From Candidatus Sumerlaeia bacterium (GTDB lineage: Bacteria; Sumerlaeota; Sumerlaeia; SLMS01; JANRJK01): DNA of 64,000 nt. Shown here piece by piece: positions 28,324-37,536 of the stretch. Position numbers and translations under genes: made by a program. Below the pieces are notes generated by a model. That model saw nothing but the letters and a program-made list of their open reading frames with translations. It made no database searches and was not told where the DNA came from. Location of the stretch: assembly GCA_033764015.1 (NCBI GenBank), contig JANRJK010000013.1:128001-192000 (forward strand). Reading direction: 5' to 3'. Each line of letters begins with the position of its first letter. Within the stretch, counting starts at the first letter, position 1.

Positions 28324-28785
28324 GTGGAGGTCCGCGACCTGCTGGAGCTCTTCATCGGCACGGTGCTCCTCGCCGCGCTGTTCCTCTCCTATGGCGCCTA
28401 CCGGAAGCTGCGCGGCGCGCGTCCGAAATCCGACCAGCTCATGTTCAACCTCGGGATGACGGCGGAGGAGCTGGAGAAGCTGGTGGCGAGCGGCGGGCTC
28501 ACGGACGAGGAGCGGCAGGCGATCCTCGCGCGCCGCAAGGAGCGCTTGAAGGCGGCGGTCGCCGCGCCCGCGGCGATGCCCCCGAGGGCCGGGGAGCCTC
28601 CGGACGCGCCGCCGCGCGAGAAGCTCGGGTACCCGCAATCGAAGCGCGGCGTCGATGCGCTGCCCGCGGAACTGCGTCCGCTGGCGAAGCTGGATCCCAT
28701 GCAGCTCGAGGACCTGCGTTCCGCCGGGATGGTGTCGAAGGCGGAGCTGGAGCTGGTCGAACGCGCGAAGGCGGGGCAGTTGTGA
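28324..28785 (+). CDS. Hypothetical protein with N-terminal TM helix
   Basis: GTG after GGAGG; TM helix; two SHOCT-like segments (LVASGGLTDEE, LRSAGMVSKAE). Confidence 0.7.
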   Translation: MEVRDLLELFIGTVLLAALFLSYGAYRKLRGARPKSDQLMFNLGMTAEELEKLVASGGLTDEERQAILARRKERLKAAVAAPAAMPPRAGEPPDAPPREKLGYPQSKRGVDALPAELRPLAKLDPMQLEDLRSAGMVSKAELELVERAKAGQL

Positions 28786-30845
28786 GGCGGCTCTTGATGG
28801 CCGGGGCGCTGGCGCTGCTCGCCGCCGCGTCGCCGGCGCAGCTTCCGCTGGAGACGCCGGAGCAGTCGCTGGACCGCCTGACGGCGCGTTCGCTGCGCGC
28901 GGCGATCGACGGCGACGCGGAGGCGGCGCGGCGGACCGCGCTGGAGGTGGTCGCGAGCGAGTCGATCTTCCGGGACCGCGGGTTCGATGTGCGGCGCGTG
29001 AGCGGCAGCGCGGCGGCGCTCGCCTCGGTGATGCGGGCTCCCACGCTGCGCCAGCTCGACGCCGACCTCGAGGACTTCCCCCGCACGGAGACGGTTCGCG
29101 TGCTGCGGCGCCAGCTGCGCACGGTGGAGCCGCGGCAGCGCTTCCTGGAAGCGCAGGGCGACCGGCGCTACGAGCGCTTCCGCCGCATCTACAACGGCGT
29201 GGTGACGCCTCTGGCGAACGTGCTCGCGGGGCAGTTCCTCGATCTGCTGGCGCTGCCCCTGGAGGGCGCGGAGGCGCTGGTGGTCGGCCAGCCCTACGCG
29301 ACGCCGGAGGAGCGGCGCGAGCTGCACCGCGCGCGGGAAGCGCTGACCCGGATGGAGTCCGGCGACCGGGTCGCGGCGCGGGCGGAGCAGGCGGTGGAGC
29401 GGTTGGAGGAGCGGCGCGCGCGGCTGGCGCGGCTACAGGCGCGGCACAACGCGGCGCTCGCGCTGGAAGCGGACGACCCCCGCGCGGCGGCATGGTGGTA
29501 CGAAAGAGAGCAGCTGCTCGCGGGCGAGGCGGAGCCCTTCCGCGGAGCGCACCGGGAGGTGCTGGCGGACCTCCGCGGCGCCGCGGCCGCGCGCGAGCTG
29601 TCCCTCGAGGTGGCCGACGGCGAGCGCGCGCTCGCGGAGCCGCTGCTGCAGGAGGAGGTGGGAAGCCTCCTGCGCACCGTCCTCGCGGATCCAACCGCGC
29701 CGGACCTGGTGATCCAGACCCGTTCGCTCGACCGCAACGAACCGGGGTCGGGGCTGTCGGAGACCTTCGCGGCGGTGGAGGCGATGGTCGCGATGCGGAA
29801 CGGCCAGGACGCCTACGCGCGGGCGCAGCTCGAGTCGATCGCCGGACGCCCGGGCCTCTGGGGGCGCGCCGCGGAGAGCCTCCGCGACCGCACCAGCTTT
29901 TATCCCGCGGAGGCGGTCGACCGCGCGCGCGCCGCTTCCCGCGCGGGATTCTGGTCCTTCATCCGCACCGGCAACGTGCCGATCCAGGATCCTGGCGCGG
30001 CGCTGCCGGAGGAGGCGCGCCTCGACCGCCGCCGGTGGGTGGACGGCGTCCGGTCCTTCTTCGTGCTCGATATGGTTTCGCGGCTGCTCCTGTCGCCGCT
30101 GCTCCCGCCGCCGCCGGCGCAGGAGCTGGCGGACGCGATCAACGAGGCGCCCGCATGGTGGCTGGAGACGGACGAGGGGCGCCGGGCGCAGCGGCGCGCC
30201 GCGGGCACGCTGGCGGAGCGGCGCCGCTTCGACGACGCGAAGGCGCTCTACCTCGCGGCGGGGGAGCCGGTGGCGGCGGTGCGCATGGACCGGCGCGCCG
30301 CGCGGGCCCTCGAACGCCGCGCGGAGGACGCCCCGACCCCGCAGCGCCGCGCGGAGCTGTACCGCCGGCTCCTCGCCGCGCACCCCGACTACGTCCGCCG
30401 CGACCGCGCGGAGGCCGCGCTCGCGCGCGCGGAGATCGACGCGGACGCGGTGCTCGCCGTGCCGCGGGACCTGCTGCTCGCGGATCCCGCCTACGCGTTC
30501 GAGCGCGGTCTCAACATCCCGCGGGAGCTCCTCGACGGCTCGAAGGCGAACGGCGAGATCGACCGCGACGGCGTCCGGATCCTCCGCGGCGGCGGGATGT
30601 CGTACCGCGACCGCGGCACGGGCGTGCTGATGGAGCTCCCGCTGGCGCCGGAGCAGGCGGCCTACGGCGTGGCGCTGGCCGCGCCCGCGCTCCGCGCCGC
30701 CCAGGTGGGCGAGGAGGCGCGCAAGCCGCTGCCGCGCCGGCGCATCCCGCTCGCGGTCGAGGGCGGAGCCGTTCCCGGGTTCGACTTCGGTCCCGGCCTC
30801 GTGCCGCTCAAGCCCGACCCGGAGCTGCGCCGCCTCTATGAATAA
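28782..30845 (+). CDS. Hypothetical secreted helical protein
   Basis: GTGA overlap with the upstream stop; signal peptide VRRLLMAGALALLAAASPA; stop overlaps the next start. Confidence 0.7.
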   Translation: MRRLLMAGALALLAAASPAQLPLETPEQSLDRLTARSLRAAIDGDAEAARRTALEVVASESIFRDRGFDVRRVSGSAAALASVMRAPTLRQLDADLEDFPRTETVRVLRRQLRTVEPRQRFLEAQGDRRYERFRRIYNGVVTPLANVLAGQFLDLLALPLEGAEALVVGQPYATPEERRELHRAREALTRMESGDRVAARAEQAVERLEERRARLARLQARHNAALALEADDPRAAAWWYEREQLLAGEAEPFRGAHREVLADLRGAAAARELSLEVADGERALAEPLLQEEVGSLLRTVLADPTAPDLVIQTRSLDRNEPGSGLSETFAAVEAMVAMRNGQDAYARAQLESIAGRPGLWGRAAESLRDRTSFYPAEAVDRARAASRAGFWSFIRTGNVPIQDPGAALPEEARLDRRRWVDGVRSFFVLDMVSRLLLSPLLPPPPAQELADAINEAPAWWLETDEGRRAQRRAAGTLAERRRFDDAKALYLAAGEPVAAVRMDRRAARALERRAEDAPTPQRRAELYRRLLAAHPDYVRRDRAEAALARAEIDADAVLAVPRDLLLADPAYAFERGLNIPRELLDGSKANGEIDRDGVRILRGGGMSYRDRGTGVLMELPLAPEQAAYGVALAAPALRAAQVGEEARKPLPRRRIPLAVEGGAVPGFDFGPGLVPLKPDPELRRLYE

Positions 30846-31530
30846 GCAACGCTGGCGCGCCGCCAAGTTCTGGCTACTCGAACGCATCGTCCTCCCGGTG
30901 GCGGTGGTTCCGATCAAGCTTTGGGTGCGGAGCTGGCCCCGGAAGCACGGCCCGCCGGAGGAGCTGCGCGTCTACGGCGCGACGCCGAACATGGTGATCG
31001 CGACGTACCACGGGATGCTGCTGCATCTGCTGCGGTTCGCGCCGCTGATCGAGGACCACGGGCGGCGGCTGGTGGTGATGACGAGCCCGAGCAAGGACGG
31101 CAAGCTGCTCGCGCGGCTACTGGGGCTGCTCGGCGTGGACCACGTCGAAGGTTCCAGCCGCAGCCGCAGCGTGGCCGGTTCGATCGAGTTCGTGAAGGCG
31201 GTGCGGGGCGGAAAGATCGGGCTGATCGCCGTGGACGGCCCGCGCGGCCCGGTCGCGGTGGCGAAGCCCGGCATCGTGCGCCTCGCCGCGCAGGTGCCGG
31301 GGCCGATCCTGCTTGTCGCGACCACCGGCGGGCCCGGCATCCGGTTCCGCTCCTGGGACCGCGCTCACCTGCCCTGGCCGTTCGCTGGCGTGGAGATGGC
31401 CACGGAGTTGTTCGAGCGCGCGGAGGACGAGCCGGACGACGCGGCGCTGGCCCGGATGCAGGCTCGGCTCTTCGCGCTGTCGCGCCGCATCGCGAGCCCG
31501 GTGCTCCCGCCGGAGGAGCCCGCGCCATGA
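30838..31530 (+). CDS. DUF374 / lysophospholipid acyltransferase family protein
   Basis: SPSKDG, GSSRS, IAVDGPRGP..VAKPG, SWDR..LPWPF. Confidence 0.88.
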   Translation: MNKQRWRAAKFWLLERIVLPVAVVPIKLWVRSWPRKHGPPEELRVYGATPNMVIATYHGMLLHLLRFAPLIEDHGRRLVVMTSPSKDGKLLARLLGLLGVDHVEGSSRSRSVAGSIEFVKAVRGGKIGLIAVDGPRGPVAVAKPGIVRLAAQVPGPILLVATTGGPGIRFRSWDRAHLPWPFAGVEMATELFERAEDEPDDAALARMQARLFALSRRIASPVLPPEEPAP

Positions 31531-32108
31531 CGCTGCGCATCATCGGCGGCTGCCGCCGCGGCGCGCACCTGCACTCCCCGCCGGGAATGGACACCCGCCC
31601 GCTGCGCGACCGCGTGCGCGAGTCGCTCTTCAACATCCTGGCGCCGCGGCTCAGCGGCGCGGTGGTGCTCGACGCGTTCGCGGGAAGCGGCGCCGTGGGC
31701 CTCGAAGCGGTCAGCCGCGGCGCCGCGCACGCGGTGCTGGTGGACTCCGGCGCGGATGCCGCCGAGACGATCCGCCGCAACATCGCGAAGCTGCGTTTCG
31801 AGGACCGCGCGGCGGTCCTGCGCGGCGCGGTGCCGGAGGCGCTTGCGAAGCTTCCGCGCACGCCGGGCGCGTTCGACCTGCTGTTCCTGATGCCGCCCTA
31901 CCACAGCGCGCTTTCGGACCCCGTGCTCGCCAGCGCGCACCTCGCCCCGCGCCTCGCGGCGACCGCGCTGGCGGTCGTGGAAGTGCACCGCGACGAACCC
32001 GACCCGAACGTCGACCCCGCAACGTGGGTGCTCGAGGACGAACGCGCCTACGGGGTGACTCGGCTGCGGTTCTATAGGCGGCAAGCTGCCACCTCCACCA
32101 CGCCTTAG
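31527..32108 (+). CDS. rsmD: 16S rRNA m2G966 methyltransferase RsmD
   Basis: LRIIGG, TRP..DRVRESLFNIL, LDAFAGSGAVGLEAVSRGA, MPPY, YG.T. Confidence 0.93.
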   Translation: MTLRIIGGCRRGAHLHSPPGMDTRPLRDRVRESLFNILAPRLSGAVVLDAFAGSGAVGLEAVSRGAAHAVLVDSGADAAETIRRNIAKLRFEDRAAVLRGAVPEALAKLPRTPGAFDLLFLMPPYHSALSDPVLASAHLAPRLAATALAVVEVHRDEPDPNVDPATWVLEDERAYGVTRLRFYRRQAATSTTP

Positions 32109-32198
32109 GTGCTTGCCCGGGCGCGGGAAGTCCGCTAGTAAACCGTTCAAGCAGCACGAGACGGGCGCCTGCGCGGCGTCCCCACGGAAAGGCACGCC

Positions 32199-33560
32199 AT
32201 GATCCGAATCGGCTCCGCACAGGGTTTCTGGGGCGACTGGCCGCAGGCGCCGGGGCTGCAGCTCCGCGGGGGTCCGCTCGATTTCCTGATCTTCGACTAT
32301 CTGGCCGAAGTGACGATGAGCATCCTCGAGAAGCAGCGGCGCCGCGATCCCGCGCTGGGGTATGCGACGGACTTCGTGGCGACGATGCGCGAGCTGCTGC
32401 CGGAGCTGCTGGACCGAAAGGTGCGCGTGGTGTCGTCGGCGGGGGGTGTGAACCCGCGGGCGTGCGCGGAGGCGGTGCTGGCGGCGGCGCGCGAGGTGGC
32501 GCCGGGGCGTCCGCTCAAGGTGGCGGTGGTGCGCGGCGATTCGATCCTGGACCGGATCGGCGACTTCAAGCTGAAGGCGCTGGATCCTTCGGCGCCGCGG
32601 CTGGACGAGGTGAGGGACCGGCTGCTGAGCGCGAACGTGTACTTCGGCGCCGAGCCGGTGGCGGAGGCGCTCCGCATGGGGGCCGACATCGTGATCACGG
32701 GCCGCGTGACGGACACGGCGCTGGTGCTGGGGCCGCTGCTGGCGAGCTTCGACGTATCGCGGGACGACCACGACGCGCTGGCGCTGGGCGTCGTCGCGGG
32801 GCACATCCTCGAATGCGGCGCTCAGTCCTCCGGCGGCAACTTCCTCGGGCGCTTCCTCGAGGTGGAGGAGATGGTCAAGATCGGCTTCCCGATCGCGGAG
32901 TTCGCCGACCCGCACACGCTGGCGATCACGAAGCATCCGGGCCTCGGCGGCTGCGTGACGCGGCAGACGGTTTCCGAGCAGCTCCTTTACGAAATCGGCG
33001 ATCCGAAGGAATACCTCACGCCGGACGTGTCGGTGGACTTCACCTCGATCCGGCTGGAGGAAACGGGGCCGGACCGGGTGCGTGTGCATGGCGTGCAGGG
33101 CGGTCCGCCGCCGCCGATGCTGAAGGTGTCGTGCGCCTACGCGGACGGCTATGCGCTGTCGGGCACGCTGGTGTACACTTGGCCGGAGGCGGTGAAGAAG
33201 GCGCGCACGGCGGGCGAGTTGATCCGGCGGCGCGGCGAAACGCTCGGGCTGCGCTTCGACGATTTCCGCGTCGAGACCATCGGCTTCTACGCGTGCCACG
33301 AGGGCATGGTGGGGCCGCCGGCGGAGTCGAGCGAAGTGATGCTGCGCGTCGCCGTCCGCAGCCAGAGCCGCGAGGACCTGGACCGGTTGGGGCGCGAGCT
33401 GGTGCCGCTGGTGCTGACGGGTCCGCCGGGGGCGACGGGTTTCGCCGGCGGGCGTCCGCGGGCGCACGAGGTGCTCGCCTATTGGCCCGGACTGATCGCC
33501 CGCGACGCCGTCGCGCCGGTGGTCGAACTCCTCACCTCCGACACGAAGAGCGAGGCCTGA
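32199..33560 (+). CDS. AtuA family protein (DUF1446, acyclic terpene utilization)
   Basis: IRIGSAQGFWGD, DYLAEVTM, AGGVNP, ANVYFG, ITGRVTD, AGHILECG, EQLLYEIGDP..YLTPDV. Confidence 0.92.
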   Translation: MIRIGSAQGFWGDWPQAPGLQLRGGPLDFLIFDYLAEVTMSILEKQRRRDPALGYATDFVATMRELLPELLDRKVRVVSSAGGVNPRACAEAVLAAAREVAPGRPLKVAVVRGDSILDRIGDFKLKALDPSAPRLDEVRDRLLSANVYFGAEPVAEALRMGADIVITGRVTDTALVLGPLLASFDVSRDDHDALALGVVAGHILECGAQSSGGNFLGRFLEVEEMVKIGFPIAEFADPHTLAITKHPGLGGCVTRQTVSEQLLYEIGDPKEYLTPDVSVDFTSIRLEETGPDRVRVHGVQGGPPPPMLKVSCAYADGYALSGTLVYTWPEAVKKARTAGELIRRRGETLGLRFDDFRVETIGFYACHEGMVGPPAESSEVMLRVAVRSQSREDLDRLGRELVPLVLTGPPGATGFAGGRPRAHEVLAYWPGLIARDAVAPVVELLTSDTKSEA

Positions 33561-33567
33561 ACGCGCC

Positions 33568-34767
33568 ATGTCCCGACGCATCGCACTGCTAGCACTGGCC
33601 CACGGCCGATCCGGCGACAAGGGGGACGCGGTCAACATCGGCGTGATCGCCCGCGACCCGCGCTGGTACGAGTTCCTCCGCTCGGAGCTGGACACCTACA
33701 AGGTCGCGCGCTTCCTGCGCCACATGGCGGACGGCCCGGTGACGCGCTACGAACTGCCCAACCTGCACGCGCTGAACTTCCTGGTGGACGGCGCGCTGGC
33801 GGGGGGCGGGTCCGTGGGGTTGAAGATCGACGCCCAGGGGAAGACCTACGCGCACGCGCTGCTGCGCTATCCGGTGGACGTGCCGAACGACCTGTTCGCG
33901 GAGATCGAGGAGCACTTCGGCGGCGACATTCCTCGCGAGTGCTTCTACTACGCCACGCAGCCCGTGGTGAAGGGCGAGGAGCTGGTGCTGTCGGAGGAGG
34001 ACGACCGCGTGCGGTCGATCCGGCTGAACCGCCCCGCGCTGCGTAACGCGCTCACGGTGCCGATGATGCAGGAGGTGGACCGCCTGGTGCGGCAGGCGAC
34101 CGGGATGCCCGGCGCGCGCGACAAGGTGGTGGTGCTTTCGGGCGAGGGGCCCTCGTTCTGCGCGGGGATGGACCTGAAGGCGCTTCGGGCGCTCAAGCGC
34201 GACTACGTGGCGTATCGGGGCGTGGCCGAGTCGCTGTACGCGATGCTGGCGGCGCTGATCGAGTCGCCGCTGCCGGTGGTCTGCGCGGTGAAGGGCGACG
34301 CGATGGGCGGGGGCGCGGCGCTGATGCTGGCCAGCGACATCGTAGTGGCCAACGAGTCCGCGCGGATCGCCATGCCGGAGACGCGGATTGGCTTCATCCC
34401 GGCGATGGTGTCGGTGCTGGCGATGCGGCGCATGCCGCCCTCCGCCGCGCGCGAGCTTCTCATCAGCGGACGTTCGATCAGCGCGCGGGACGCGCACTCG
34501 CTTGGCATCGTGCACCACTTGGTGGACGGCGACCCGGTGGCGTACGCGACGGTGCTGGCGCAGCGGCTGGTGGCGGAGAACTCGCACGACGCCATGGCGC
34601 GCACGAAGGACCTGCTGCGCATCACATCGGAGGCGACGCTGCTGAACGACCTGCGGCTGACCATCGGCTTCTTCGCCGGCGCCGCCACCCGCGCCAGCTT
34701 CGACTCAGGTATGGAAGCATTCGCGAAGAAGCAGGCGCTGGATTGGTCGCATGACCTGAGGGAGTAG
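33568..34767 (+). CDS. Fusion of AtuA-associated ferredoxin-fold domain and enoyl-CoA hydratase/isomerase
   Basis: N-term AHGRSGDKGD...YELPNLHALNF...DAQGKT; C-term LNRP..RNAL, FCAGMDL, AMGGG, MPETRIG. Confidence 0.85.
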   Translation: MSRRIALLALAHGRSGDKGDAVNIGVIARDPRWYEFLRSELDTYKVARFLRHMADGPVTRYELPNLHALNFLVDGALAGGGSVGLKIDAQGKTYAHALLRYPVDVPNDLFAEIEEHFGGDIPRECFYYATQPVVKGEELVLSEEDDRVRSIRLNRPALRNALTVPMMQEVDRLVRQATGMPGARDKVVVLSGEGPSFCAGMDLKALRALKRDYVAYRGVAESLYAMLAALIESPLPVVCAVKGDAMGGGAALMLASDIVVANESARIAMPETRIGFIPAMVSVLAMRRMPPSAARELLISGRSISARDAHSLGIVHHLVDGDPVAYATVLAQRLVAENSHDAMARTKDLLRITSEATLLNDLRLTIGFFAGAATRASFDSGMEAFAKKQALDWSHDLRE

Positions 34768-34941
34768 CGGGGGAGCGGGCACCGCGTCGGGCTTACCAGT
34801 AAGTGGAGTTTCGATACAGCCGGACTGCGATTTGCGAAGTCCGACGTGTGATTCTCATTCACGAGACGGTGAGTTTGGCACGGGCCCCGCGCGAATGAAG
34901 CCTGCAAGGTTGCGCAAGAGCAGCCCCGCCGCGCGGACCTT

Positions 34942-35229
34942 CTACTTCTTGGGGTCCTTGTCGCGAAAGGCGCGGATCACGTCGCAGCTCGTACCCGGGA
35001 TTCCGAAGCGTTCGCGGAGGCGCGCCGCCAGCAACACGAAGGGCTCCCACAGACACTCGACGCGCTCGTGCTCGCGCCCGCGGAGCCACGTGGCGGCGGC
35101 ATCGACGATGGTCTGCTCCTCGAAGAGGCTCGGCACATGCACGTAGCCGGAAAGGTAGCCGAGCACACGGCCCGGGAGCTGGTTCTCCGGCACGTCGGCA
35201 GTGGCTGGCGTAGAGTTCGGCGACACCAT
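34942..35229 (-). CDS. Small hypothetical protein
   Basis: Protein-like composition in an otherwise empty gap; start at 35229 or 35274; no family recognised. Confidence 0.45.
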   Translation of the reverse strand: MVSPNSTPATADVPENQLPGRVLGYLSGYVHVPSLFEEQTIVDAAATWLRGREHERVECLWEPFVLLAARLRERFGIPGTSCDVIRAFRDKDPKK

Positions 35230-35338
35230 CAGCACGCGCTTGGTCGGATGGGCCTTCGTGCGGAGTGCGCCCATGCCACGGATGGCAGGCGCGCACCTTC
35301 AAGCCGCGTCGCGCGGAGGCGGGAGGAGGGCGGGGCGG

Positions 35339-36709
35339 TTATGGGTTCACTACGAGCCTGAAGCCGTTCTTGGGCGCGCTGGCGGTGGGCGAGAAGACGC
35401 TTCTCGCCCCCGGCTCGCACTCCTCGGGCGAGGAGCCAAAGTGCCCGCCGCGGAAAATCTGTGGGATCTCGCTTGGGGATATCGGACGATCATCTCCCCG
35501 TTCCAACGCTTCGAACCCATCGCGGCACAGCTCCTGCACGTTTCCGTGCATGTCGTGCAGGCCCCAGGTGTTGGCTTCCTTCAGCCCAACCTCGCGCGTG
35601 CCCTCGTTGATGGGCAGTCCACACCAGCCGACCCGGGCCAAGTCCGCCTCCGAGTCGCCGGAGTGGAACCTCGTCGCCGTCCCCGCTCGGCAGGCGTACT
35701 CCCACTGCGCCTCGGTGGGGAGGTGGATGGTTTGCACACCGGTCTGGCGGCGCACCGCGGCGAGGTATCCGCCGGGCGGCCAGACGTCCCCGAGGGACAC
35801 CGTGTCAACCGGGCGGCGGGCACCTTCGTAGTTCGAATCTCCGCTCCACGGCCCCATCACCGCGCGCCACTGGGCTTGCGTCACCTCGGTCTCCGACATC
35901 CAGAAGCCGCTAACGGATGCCGCTTCCGTCGCGATCTCGCCGGGAGGACACCATCGCCATGCCATGGGGACTCCGCCCGCCAGTTCCACGACCACGCGTT
36001 CTCCGGGCTCGGATCCGGGGCGCCCCAACTTCGAGGACCACTGCTCACGCATGCGGAGCCGCTCCTCGCGCTTCGCCGCGCCGAGGTCCGCCACTTCCCC
36101 GCTCAGTACGTTCACGAGGTACTCTGCATCGAACTCCTCCTCGATGCGGATCTTGAATCCCGTCTCGTGTCCCGGTATCGAAACCTGGGCGTCGTAATCC
36201 CCGACGGGGATCGCCCGGATGCGCCAATCCGGGCGCTTCTTGCCGCCGGTCACTTTGGTGCCGACCCCGAGCTTTGGAATCGAGATGTCGGCGTCGTTCG
36301 GAATTGTCCGGATCAGCAAGCTCCCCGTCTGCGCTTGGAGGGTTCTTCCAAGCACCTCCCCTTCCTGACTCACTGTGATATCGGGAGTGAAGACATTCGC
36401 ATTGATGACTGCGACCTCGTCGGCGCGCACTTCAGCGAAGAACGACTGGGGATGGAGCCCCTCCTTCATCAGTCGGACCTCGTGCCTGCCAGGGGGGATG
36501 TCCGCAATGACCAATCCGAACCCGCCCTGGGGGGTCATCCCCTTCGCTTGGCCGTTGAGGAGCACCTCCAGCCCGGGGGCACCCGTGACCACCAGGTAGC
36601 CTGCTTCGGCCGGCTCGCCGGCAATGCCGGAAGCCGTCAACACTCCTGCCGCAAGTGCGGCCGCCGCGATGCCCAGCAGGCGCCGAATGGAACCTTGGTG
36701 CTTCGTCAT
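35339..36709 (-). CDS. Secreted PEGA-domain + FGE-sulfatase (SUMF1)-like protein
   Basis: Signal peptide; LNGQAKGMTP...PGRHEV; FWMSETEVTQAQW, LPTEAQWEYACRAG, NTWGLHDMHGNVQE, GFRLV. Confidence 0.88.
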   Translation of the reverse strand: MTKHQGSIRRLLGIAAAALAAGVLTASGIAGEPAEAGYLVVTGAPGLEVLLNGQAKGMTPQGGFGLVIADIPPGRHEVRLMKEGLHPQSFFAEVRADEVAVINANVFTPDITVSQEGEVLGRTLQAQTGSLLIRTIPNDADISIPKLGVGTKVTGGKKRPDWRIRAIPVGDYDAQVSIPGHETGFKIRIEEEFDAEYLVNVLSGEVADLGAAKREERLRMREQWSSKLGRPGSEPGERVVVELAGGVPMAWRWCPPGEIATEAASVSGFWMSETEVTQAQWRAVMGPWSGDSNYEGARRPVDTVSLGDVWPPGGYLAAVRRQTGVQTIHLPTEAQWEYACRAGTATRFHSGDSEADLARVGWCGLPINEGTREVGLKEANTWGLHDMHGNVQELCRDGFEALERGDDRPISPSEIPQIFRGGHFGSSPEECEPGARSVFSPTASAPKNGFRLVVNP

Positions 36710-36859
36710 CGGTATCTTCCCTTTGGCCGTCCATCGAGTTGAACCCCATCCCGGCACTCGATCCGGGACGCTGTTCATCGCCAACATGTGTTGCAGCATC
36801 GAATCGGCCCCGCAAGCCCCGTTCCCCCCCAGCGCTTCCCCTTGCGCCCCGCGCCCACA

Positions 36860-36875
36860 TTCGCTTTTCCTTCTC
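36860..36875 (+). promoter_or_regulatory. Candidate LexA operator
   Basis: TTCGC-TTTTCC-TTCTC, 17 nt before ATG 36893; same geometry as the sites upstream of lexA. Confidence 0.45.
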
Positions 36876-36892
36876 CAAAGGGGGATGCGGCC

Positions 36893-37219
36893 ATGGGGCG
36901 GACGGTGCCGACGTTCAACATGTCGCTCGAGCGCGAGGTGGCGGGGTGGCAGCCGTTCCGGCGGGCGTTGCGGGCGGAGGACCGGGCGGCGTTCGACCGG
37001 TTGTTTTCGCTCGCCCGGGCGCATATGGCGGAGTGCGCGGCGGCCGCGAGGCCGGTGCCGTTCGACGCGCTGGTGCTGTCGGTGCTGCTGGAGCAGCAGA
37101 AAGAGATCGAGCGGTTGCGGGCGCTGGTGGAGGGGGCCGGTCAGGGCGCGGCGGGGCCGGGGCCTTCGAGCAGCACGACGGCGACCGCCATGCCGCGGGA
37201 GTGCGACAGCGAGACGTGA
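36893..37219 (+). CDS. Small helical protein resembling family-B polymerase cassette accessory proteins
   Basis: MGRTVPTF...WQPFRRALRAEDRAAFDRLF...PVPFDALVLSVLLEQQKEI (family recognised from memory); purine-rich RBS; 3' end overlaps acpS by 79 nt. Confidence 0.7.
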   Translation: MGRTVPTFNMSLEREVAGWQPFRRALRAEDRAAFDRLFSLARAHMAECAAAARPVPFDALVLSVLLEQQKEIERLRALVEGAGQGAAGPGPSSSTTATAMPRECDSET

Positions 37220-37536
37220 CAGCGGTCGGCGCCGCGGCGCGCGGCGAGTTCCGCGGCGACGCCGTGGAGCCGCAGGACCGGTTCGCCGCCGGGCAGGTTC
37301 TCGATCTCGATCTCGCGCCACTTCAAGTTGCCGGTGAAGCCGGTGCCGACGGCCTTGCTGAAGGCCTCCTTGGCGGCGAAGCGGGCGGCGTAATGGAGCG
37401 CGGGCGTGTGGCGCCCTTCGCAGTAGGCCTGCTCGCCGTCCGTGAAGAGGCGCGCCTTCATGCGTTCCGGATGGCGGCCCAGCGCTTCCGTGATGCGCTC
37501 CGCTTCGATCAGGTCCACACCCACGCCGACCACCAT
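37141..37536 (-). CDS. acpS: Holo-[acyl-carrier-protein] synthase
   Basis: GVGVDLIE..RI, FTDGE, AARFAAKEAFSKAVGTG, HVSLSH. Confidence 0.95.
   Translation of the reverse strand: MVVGVGVDLIEAERITEALGRHPERMKARLFTDGEQAYCEGRHTPALHYAARFAAKEAFSKAVGTGFTGNLKWREIEIENLPGGEPVLRLHGVAAELAARRGADRCHVSLSHSRGMAVAVVLLEGPGPAAP

Noticed and set aside
26811..30845. 1344-aa ORF overlapping the DnaA-like gene (possible frameshift fusion or hidden domain IV)
   Set aside because: Only the part from GTG 28782 looks like a real protein; no domain IV-like sequence follows 28305 in the ORF track
35339..36709. FGE-type C-lectin fold as a DGR target
   Set aside because: I found no second copy of its 3' end and no reverse transcriptase in the window
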